Assembly: GCA_964573185.1 (NCBI GenBank)
Contig: CAZNIQ010000011.1
Coordinates: 1-19,808, forward strand
Direction: 5' to 3'
DNA: 19,808 nt
DNA from: Candidatus Woesearchaeota archaeon
GTDB taxonomy: Archaea; Nanobdellota; Nanobdellia; Nanobdellales; CAZNIQ01
This document shows, in pieces, positions 14,104-19,808 of this stretch. The notes under the pieces were generated by a model. It made no database searches and was not told the origin of the DNA. It saw nothing but the letters and a program-made list of their open reading frames with translations. Position numbers and translations under genes: made by a program. The number at the start of each line of letters is the position of its first letter. Within the stretch, counting starts at the first letter, position 1.

Positions 14104-16602
14104 TTGCTATTAAGCGTTTTTGGGATTATAGCATTATTAGGAGGAACGTTTGCATTGACAATTTCTAATATAACAGTAAACGGACAACCAATACCAGTAG
14201 ATCTTGGATATGTAAATAGTAACTTTAACATAATAATAAACGCAACAGCGGATGTAGAAGCAAACTGGACTATAGTAATTTGGAATGAAACTTATTATAT
14301 AAAAGAAATACTTACTGGATACAATAAAACAAATAATCTAACAGATAAAGTAGTAACGGTAGATATAACGGGATTAACAGATGGGTTATATTATATTAAT
14401 TTAACAGCGTATAATGCTACTAATGCTACCTACAGGAACACAACATTGTTAGGAAACTTTACTTTAGATAAAACACCTCCTGTAATTGAAGTATTATGTA
14501 ATAACAAAACATTAAGCAATAACACATGGTATAATGAAACTTTAACTTGTACTATAAATGTAACAGATAATTTAAGTGGTGTAAATGCAACAGAAATCTA
14601 TTTAGATGGGCAACCAAAAACTACTGAAACATTTAATATAACAGCAGAGGGAAGGCATAACTTAACAATAAGAGCAGTAGATAATGCTGGAAATCCAAAT
14701 GAAATATATTATGAATTTGGAATAGATTTAACAGAACCATTAATAAACAGTGTAAATTATATCGCCCCAAGAAATTACACAGATAATTTAAATAGAACTT
14801 GGGTAGCTGGAATAATTAATGTAACTTATAATGTATCTGACAACTTAAATGGCAGTGGTATAAAGATTGTAAGGGTATTAATAGATGGAGGAGAATATAT
14901 TAATTCTACGAATACAACAGGTGTATTTACTATAGATACAACAAAATTATCTTCAAACACAAATCATACATTTGAATTAGAAGTATGTGATTTCGCTAAT
15001 CATTGTAATAAAACTGCAATCGCGGAACTATGGATAGATAATGAAGCACCATATTTTGAAATAGTATATCCAATAACCTATGGACAAACCTACTACACCA
15101 ATGGAACTTGGACTAATTTACCAACTAATATAACCGTTATGGTATTCGATAACGGGGCTGGAATAAACTGGACAGCTATATATCCAGTATTAGATATCAG
15201 ATTAATTAATGGAACACTAATTTGGATGCAAAAAGCCAATTATACAATAGATAATAGGACAGATTATAATGGAACAATAATTGTAGATGTTATAAAAACA
15301 TTAGAGTATTATACAGAAATTTATGGAGAAGGCGAATATTACTTCAAAGAAATAAAGGCATACGACTTACTAGGAAATTGCAATTATACATATAAAGTAA
15401 CATCTAATCCATTTTATATAGTAATTTATGATATAACACCTCCAAATGTTACATTAGTTAATGTAACGAAAGCAGATGGATTAGAAGCCAATTACATAAA
15501 TGGAAAATATTATGTAAATACAATAAATGTAACAATCTACATAAATGCAACAGATAATCTAGCAGGAGTTGATAAAGTTGTAGCATATGTAAATGGAGTA
15601 GAGATAAACGGAGCTAACTTAGGAAACGGAATATACGCTATAGAATTGACAAACTTAACAGATGGAGAATATAATATAACAGTAAAAGCTGTTGATTTAG
15701 CAGGAAATAGGAATATGTATACGCTAACAATAGTAGTAGACACAGTAGCTCCAGAAGTAGTATATGCAAAGGTAATATCTCCAAGAAAAGTAGAAGTATT
15801 TGTTAACGAAACAAATGGTATAGAGGTATTATATAAAGCAATTATAAGCAACAGACATTCTGTTAATATAACAAACGTTAGCATTGATAGCAATAAAGTA
15901 ATTTTAACAGTAAATGTAACTCCATTAGTAGGAGATAACTTAACAATAGAATTAAAAGATTTAGCAGGAAACGCTGGACAAGTAACAGTTAAAATAGAAA
16001 ATGCTGCAGATGCTGTTTACATATTATACAACACATCAGACTGGCATTATATAGCATTTGAAAAACCAATAGATGCAAGCTATGATATATTTCAGAAAGC
16101 TTTAACAGAGGAATTAGGATTAGTGGGAGAATCTAAAGCAACAGTATTAATGTATAAAGGAGACATAGGTAAAACTAATCCTTGGATAACCGTAGCACCA
16201 GCTAATTTAGGAAAAGAATATGGATATGGTTATGCGGTAAAGCCAGATTACCAAGGAAGAGAATATGTATTGCTACCAGTTAAATTCAGGCAAACAGCAG
16301 ATAGAACATACATAACACTAGAACCTGGATGGAATTTGGTAGGAATAATATTGTTGAATGAAACAGCTAGGAACGAGACAGCAGGATATATAGTATTAGA
16401 TTGGACAAACTTTAGACACTTAAAAGATGTCTATTATGCAGATCCATATGAAAGGATCATAAGGGTTCCTATAAAAATAACAGTACCTATAGAAGCTTAT
16501 ATATTACCAATATCAAATAAGACCTTTGAATTAGGATTTGCAGTATGGGTATGGACGGAAACTAGGAGATATGTACCATTAGAGCTACCAAACACCCCAT
16601 GA
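14104..16602 (+). CDS. Large secreted, sequon-dense surface (S-layer/adhesin-like) glycoprotein with tandem Ig-like modules; start uncertain
   Basis: Hydrophobic N-terminus. I counted about 55 N-x-S/T sequons in 832 aa. Recurrent module signatures are (V/A)(T/S)DNL(S/N/A)G, AVD(N/L)AGN and boundary motifs D-x-(T/E)-x-P (LDKTPP, IDLTEP, IDNEAP, YDITPP, VDTVAP). No TM anchor. The track start is TTG; see the finding on ATG 14057. Confidence 0.8.
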   Translation: MLLSVFGIIALLGGTFALTISNITVNGQPIPVDLGYVNSNFNIIINATADVEANWTIVIWNETYYIKEILTGYNKTNNLTDKVVTVDITGLTDGLYYINLTAYNATNATYRNTTLLGNFTLDKTPPVIEVLCNNKTLSNNTWYNETLTCTINVTDNLSGVNATEIYLDGQPKTTETFNITAEGRHNLTIRAVDNAGNPNEIYYEFGIDLTEPLINSVNYIAPRNYTDNLNRTWVAGIINVTYNVSDNLNGSGIKIVRVLIDGGEYINSTNTTGVFTIDTTKLSSNTNHTFELEVCDFANHCNKTAIAELWIDNEAPYFEIVYPITYGQTYYTNGTWTNLPTNITVMVFDNGAGINWTAIYPVLDIRLINGTLIWMQKANYTIDNRTDYNGTIIVDVIKTLEYYTEIYGEGEYYFKEIKAYDLLGNCNYTYKVTSNPFYIVIYDITPPNVTLVNVTKADGLEANYINGKYYVNTINVTIYINATDNLAGVDKVVAYVNGVEINGANLGNGIYAIELTNLTDGEYNITVKAVDLAGNRNMYTLTIVVDTVAPEVVYAKVISPRKVEVFVNETNGIEVLYKAIISNRHSVNITNVSIDSNKVILTVNVTPLVGDNLTIELKDLAGNAGQVTVKIENAADAVYILYNTSDWHYIAFEKPIDASYDIFQKALTEELGLVGESKATVLMYKGDIGKTNPWITVAPANLGKEYGYGYAVKPDYQGREYVLLPVKFRQTADRTYITLEPGWNLVGIILLNETARNETAGYIVLDWTNFRHLKDVYYADPYERIIRVPIKITVPIEAYILPISNKTFELGFAVWVWTETRRYVPLELPNTP

Positions 16603-17792
16603 AGTTAAAATTCCTTCTTTTTTTATTTTTTACAGTACCCTTAGTATTTGCACAACAAGTTCCAATACTTCCTGCAGTTTACAAAGGATATATAAATTCT
16701 GCATGTAACATAAATGGAGCAAAATTACAAGCATATATTAATAATGAACTAAGGGGTGAAACAATAATCTATTGTCAAAATAATATCTGTTGGTATGGTT
16801 CCATAAAAGGATTACAATATGCAGATTTAGCAGTTAGTGGAAAACCAGAAGAAAATGGTACAGCAATAATTGAATTTTATGTATACATTAATGGGAATAA
16901 AGTGAAACTTGATAAAACAGATATTTTTGTTTCAGGACAAGTAAAGATACTCAATTTTACTGTAACCTCGGAACAATGTAATATTTTATTTCCCTCTGTG
17001 CCTACTTATGTATCACCTACAACAGGACCAGGACCTACAATAATTACAACTAAGGAAATTGAAGAAAAACTAAAAGAATTGGGAATAAAGGCGGTAATCG
17101 AAAAGATAATTCCAATTCAAAATATAACAGAAGTTAAAGTAGAATATAATACTACCTTAAAAATAAAGCCGAAGGTAGAAGAAGTTATACCAAAACCAGA
17201 AATTAAGAAAGTAATAGAAAAGATCAAAGAGGAATTAGTAAAATTATTGAAGAAAGAAATAAAAGTAGAAGTTAAACCTATAGAAACTAAGATAAATGTA
17301 CAATTAATCAAAATAATAACAAAAGGTGGTAAAGAGAAAATATTTACAAAGATAGAGAAGGAAGTAAAAGTGGATAAAGTAATAGAAGTGGTACCAAAAG
17401 ATTTAGCAGAAACGGCAGATGAAATCATATGGTTAAAGGGAAAGATATTTGGAATATTAGAGAAAGATCCTGTATTTGAAGTTTCTCCAGAAGATAACAA
17501 GATAGCATACTTAGTTGAGGGTGATAAAACAGAGGAAGCATTGAAAACGATAACATTGACTTACAGCTATGAAATTATAGAAAAGCCAGTTGTAAGACAA
17601 AATGTTACGAACATTACAAAACCAGAAATAAAACCAAACATAACAGTTCCTCAAAATGTTACAAAGCCAAAAGCAAACATAACCACTCAGAAGAAGCCAA
17701 AGAAAGTAAGTTACCTACCATTGATAATAATACTTGCAGTAATAATTGGAGTTGCTGTTTACTTCCTAAGAAGAGCTAAACCTTCTTCTTAA
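16599..17792 (+). CDS. Signal-peptide protein with K/E/I/V-rich stalk and C-terminal TM anchor (putative membrane tether of the surface module)
   Basis: MKLKFLLFLFFTVPLVFAQQ signal. Cys-containing beta-rich N-domain. Low-complexity charged region (about aa 160-300). Sequon-rich pre-anchor QNVTNITKPEIKPNITVPQNVTKPKANIT. C-terminal LPLIIILAVIIGVAVYFLRRAK. ATGA overlap with the upstream ORF. Confidence 0.75.
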   Translation: MKLKFLLFLFFTVPLVFAQQVPILPAVYKGYINSACNINGAKLQAYINNELRGETIIYCQNNICWYGSIKGLQYADLAVSGKPEENGTAIIEFYVYINGNKVKLDKTDIFVSGQVKILNFTVTSEQCNILFPSVPTYVSPTTGPGPTIITTKEIEEKLKELGIKAVIEKIIPIQNITEVKVEYNTTLKIKPKVEEVIPKPEIKKVIEKIKEELVKLLKKEIKVEVKPIETKINVQLIKIITKGGKEKIFTKIEKEVKVDKVIEVVPKDLAETADEIIWLKGKIFGILEKDPVFEVSPEDNKIAYLVEGDKTEEALKTITLTYSYEIIEKPVVRQNVTNITKPEIKPNITVPQNVTKPKANITTQKKPKKVSYLPLIIILAVIIGVAVYFLRRAKPSS

Positions 17793-17797
17793 TTTTT
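17793..17797 (+). terminator. Oligo-T (T5) immediately after the stop of the anchor-protein gene
   Basis: taaTTTTTaac, with further T5 runs at 17806-17816. Archaeal RNA polymerase terminates at oligo-T tracts. Confidence 0.35.
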
Positions 17798-17834
17798 AAC
17801 TTAACTTTTTATTTTTCAAAATAGAAGATTCTTC

Positions 17835-18905
17835 ATGAGAGAAGCTGACTTATACAAAAAATTAAATTCAGAAGTACGATGTTTAGCTTGCGCAAGAAGA
17901 TGTACTATTCCCAACGGATTATATGGTTTTTGTGGTGTTAGAAAAAATGAAAATGGAAAATTAATTGTTACTAATTATGGGATATTTGTTGCTGTGAATT
18001 TAGATCCTATAGAGAAAAAACCATTATATCATTTTTATCCCGGTCACAAAGCTTTATCTCTAGGCACTACTGGTTGCTCTTGGGCTTGCAAGTTCTGTAT
18101 AAATTACGATATTTCCCAAAGGAGAAAAATAATGGGTTATGAACTTTCTCCAGAAGAAGTATTACAAATAGCAAAAGAATATGATGCTAAAATTGTTACT
18201 TTTACTTATAACGAGCCTTCTATTTATGCAGAGTTCTCTTATGATTTTGCAAAAATTGCTAAAAAAGAAGGGATAAAAATTACCTGGGTTACCAATGGTT
18301 GGCTCACTGATGAAGCAATAGATTATGCAAAGAAATTTTTAGATGCCGTTACCATAGATTTAAAGGCTTCAGAAAATAAGGAAGCTTTAAGGAAGTTATC
18401 TTTAGTTCCCGATCCAGAACCTGTATTTCAAACCATAGAGGAATTTTATAAAGCAGGTATTCATGTTGAAATAACAGATTTAATAATTCCGGAATATACT
18501 CCTAAAGAAGATACTAGAAGGGTTGCAAAGTTTTTATATGATGTTATGGGAGAAGATGCTATTGTACATGTCCTCAGATTTCATCCTGAATACAAAATGT
18601 CGGACCATTATCCGACACCAATATCAGAACTAGAGGAGCATGCAAAGATATTCAAAGAAGAGGGAGTAAAATATGTTTATATTGGAAATGTTCCGGGGCA
18701 TCCTTTAGAAAACACGTATTGTCCTAAATGTGGAAGACCTGTTATAAAGAGACACGGATTCTTAGTTTATGAAGTAAATTTAACAGAAGATGGGAGATGC
18801 AAATTCTGTGGTGCAAAGATAAATATTAAAGGAGAAGCAAAAACTTCTGAAATAGCATTTCCACAACCAGTACCTATAAATAAGCCATTCGTAGTTAAAG
18901 AATAA
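17835..18905 (+). CDS. AmmeMemoRadiSam-system radical SAM enzyme (PflA-like activase family)
   Basis: VRCLACARRCTIPNGLYGFCGVRKNENGKL...DPIEKKPLYHFYPG...SLGTTGCSWACKFCINYDISQ carries the CxxxCxxC cluster motif in the family-typical context. C-terminal CPKCG...CKFCG. Confidence 0.85.
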   Translation: MREADLYKKLNSEVRCLACARRCTIPNGLYGFCGVRKNENGKLIVTNYGIFVAVNLDPIEKKPLYHFYPGHKALSLGTTGCSWACKFCINYDISQRRKIMGYELSPEEVLQIAKEYDAKIVTFTYNEPSIYAEFSYDFAKIAKKEGIKITWVTNGWLTDEAIDYAKKFLDAVTIDLKASENKEALRKLSLVPDPEPVFQTIEEFYKAGIHVEITDLIIPEYTPKEDTRRVAKFLYDVMGEDAIVHVLRFHPEYKMSDHYPTPISELEEHAKIFKEEGVKYVYIGNVPGHPLENTYCPKCGRPVIKRHGFLVYEVNLTEDGRCKFCGAKINIKGEAKTSEIAFPQPVPINKPFVVKE

Positions 18906-19263
18906 GTTTCAATTTTAGTTCAGGAAACTCTTCCTTTATTTTTAGGAAATCTTTATCTTTTGTCCAAAGTTCTAAATCGTAAGCTAAGGCTGTGGCTGCT
19001 ATAAAGAAATCTAATTCTGAAATTAGTTTTCCTTTAGTTCTTAAAGTATAGTAAATCTCAGAATAAATATCTAGAATTTTGAGATCCAAAGGAACAACTT
19101 TAAATAAAGTTAAAATTAAATTTTTCCATACTTCTCTCTTCCCTTTCGGAACTCCTTTTAAAATTTCCGCCAAAGAAATTATGGAGACGCAATATCCTTC
19201 ATATTCTTCTAGCTTTTCTTTTCTAGCGAAATCTATTATTATACTTGTATCTAACAAAATCAT
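18895..19263 (-). CDS. vapC: PIN-domain toxin VapC
   Basis: MILLDTSIIIDF (first acidic PIN residue), a later conserved E and D (SLAEIL, ELDFFIAATA, LWTKDKDF). About 120 aa. ATGA overlap with the upstream small ORF. Confidence 0.8.
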   Translation of the reverse strand: MILLDTSIIIDFARKEKLEEYEGYCVSIISLAEILKGVPKGKREVWKNLILTLFKVVPLDLKILDIYSEIYYTLRTKGKLISELDFFIAATALAYDLELWTKDKDFLKIKEEFPELKLKLIL

Positions 19264-19502
19264 AGTTCGAGTTCTCTTAGTTTAAAGTTCTTCCTCCATT
19301 CCATAACTCTTTTCTCAAGTTCTTCCAATTCTTCTTTTGTAAACGTTTCTTTTAATCTTTTTATAGCTTCCCTTATTTTCATCTTCCTATATTCTTTGTA
19401 AATTTCTATTAGTTCCTTTAAAAACTCTGCCCAAGTTTTATTTCCCTTAAGTTTTTCCAACTCTTTTTTAATTTCAGAGGGTATTGTAATTGTTGTAATC
19501 AT
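19260..19502 (-). CDS. vapB: VapB-type antitoxin (DUF217-like)
   Basis: 80 aa. The N-terminus ITIPSEIKKELEKLKGNKTWAEFLKELI resembles the archaeal putative-antitoxin family (tIsIsdEvyekLkklKg.geSFSdvI). Translationally coupled to vapC. Confidence 0.6.
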   Translation of the reverse strand: MITTITIPSEIKKELEKLKGNKTWAEFLKELIEIYKEYRKMKIREAIKRLKETFTKEELEELEKRVMEWRKNFKLRELEL

Positions 19503-19525
19503 AGTAATTTGTTAAATTATTACAA

Positions 19526-19808
19526 TTAATAAATTTTTAGTTTTAATTCTGGAAACTCTTCTTTAACCTTCAAGAAATCTTTATCCAGAGTCCACAATTC
19601 TAGATTGCGAACTAGAACTGTTGCTGCAATAAAATAATCAATTTCAGAAATAGGCTTTCCTTTTTTATCCAGTTTTCTTTTAATTTCTATAGCTTTCAAA
19701 ATAATCTCATTATTAAGAGGAATTATAACAAAAAGCTTTGATAATAGATGTTTTTCTCTTTCGTAATTCTTTCTTCCATATAAATACTCAAACTCCGTTA
19801 AAATGGAA
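19526..19808 (-). CDS. vapC: Second VapC PIN-domain paralog, N-terminus beyond window edge
   Basis: Not in the track. My reverse translation gives ...LKAIEIKRKLDKKGKPISEIDYFIAATVLVRNLELWTLDKDFLKVKEEFPELKLKIY* (stop rc of 19526-19528). It is collinear with the C-terminus of the first VapC (KGKLISELDFFIAATALAYDLELWTKDKDFLKIKEEFPELKLKLIL*). Confidence 0.7.
   Translation of the reverse strand, partial: SILTEFEYLYGRKNYEREKHLLSKLFVIIPLNNEIILKAIEIKRKLDKKGKPISEIDYFIAATVLVRNLELWTLDKDFLKVKEEFPELKLKIY

Noticed and set aside
14139-14157. SD-like AGGAGGA followed 9 nt later by an in-frame TTG (14155) as the true start of the surface protein
   Set aside because: Starting there would remove the entire hydrophobic signal sequence from a protein that is clearly extracellular and sequon-rich. 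The GGAGGA simply encodes Gly-Gly within the signal peptide.
2480-17500. Other antisense ORFs in the track: 2480-2701, 3100-3462, 3327-3509, 4212-4655, 5700-5915, 5810-6073, 9846-10034, 10581-10901, 11942-12232, 12254-12454, 13073-13429, 15537-15893, 17117-17500, 19079-19285
   Set aside because: Each is nested opposite a longer ORF with clear family motifs. Their translations are F/I/L/S-rich low-complexity strings, as expected from the complement of K/E-rich coding DNA in an AT-rich genome.
1-19808. CRISPR arrays, rRNA genes, transposases or integrases
   Set aside because: Beyond the vapC paralogy and protein-level domain repeats, I found no spaced direct repeats, no rRNA-like conserved blocks and no ORF with transposase or integrase motifs.

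Overview
This is a compact archaeal chromosomal window, about 95% coding and roughly 30% GC by eye. The single tRNA is about 70% GC with nearly all-G:C stems, which suggests a (hyper)thermophile with a small genome. All calls come from reading motifs in the supplied translations and the DNA. No database search was possible.

A long co-directional minus-strand array (11632 down to 3941) carries: MCM helicase, an OB/winged-helix protein, aIF2-beta, DUF424, NMD3, an unannotated 41-codon Glu/Trp micro-ORF, aIF1A, a TM-helix-repeat membrane protein, aMBF1, a DUF99/UPF0215 protein and SecD. Many junctions are 4-nt ATGA overlaps.

The left end carries a truncated M17 leucyl aminopeptidase, an orphan 433-aa protein with a type I phosphoribosyltransferase-like core, and a TruA gene overlapped by a tRNA-binding-OB protein. 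After tRNA-Lys(CUU), the plus strand carries a 135-aa unknown, ABCE1, a two-gene surface module (an 832-aa protein with about 55 N-glycosylation sequons plus a 397-aa C-terminally anchored partner) and an AmmeMemoRadiSam-type radical SAM enzyme. The right end has vapBC plus a second, truncated vapC paralog.

The most notable observations are:
- The big surface gene lacks an in-frame ATG. A well-placed ATG with its own TATA-like element is out of frame with it across an A(TA)6 tract, and losing one TA unit would restore a textbook signal peptide.
- The acidic/Trp micro-ORF has its own TATA-like element and sits among translation factor genes.
- The PRTase-like fusion protein has an unassigned N-terminal half.
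- TATA-like elements lie about 21-33 nt, mostly 24-30 nt, upstream of most checked start codons, pointing to leaderless mRNAs and including two interleaved divergent promoter pairs.

I found no CRISPR array, rRNA or recognisable mobile element.
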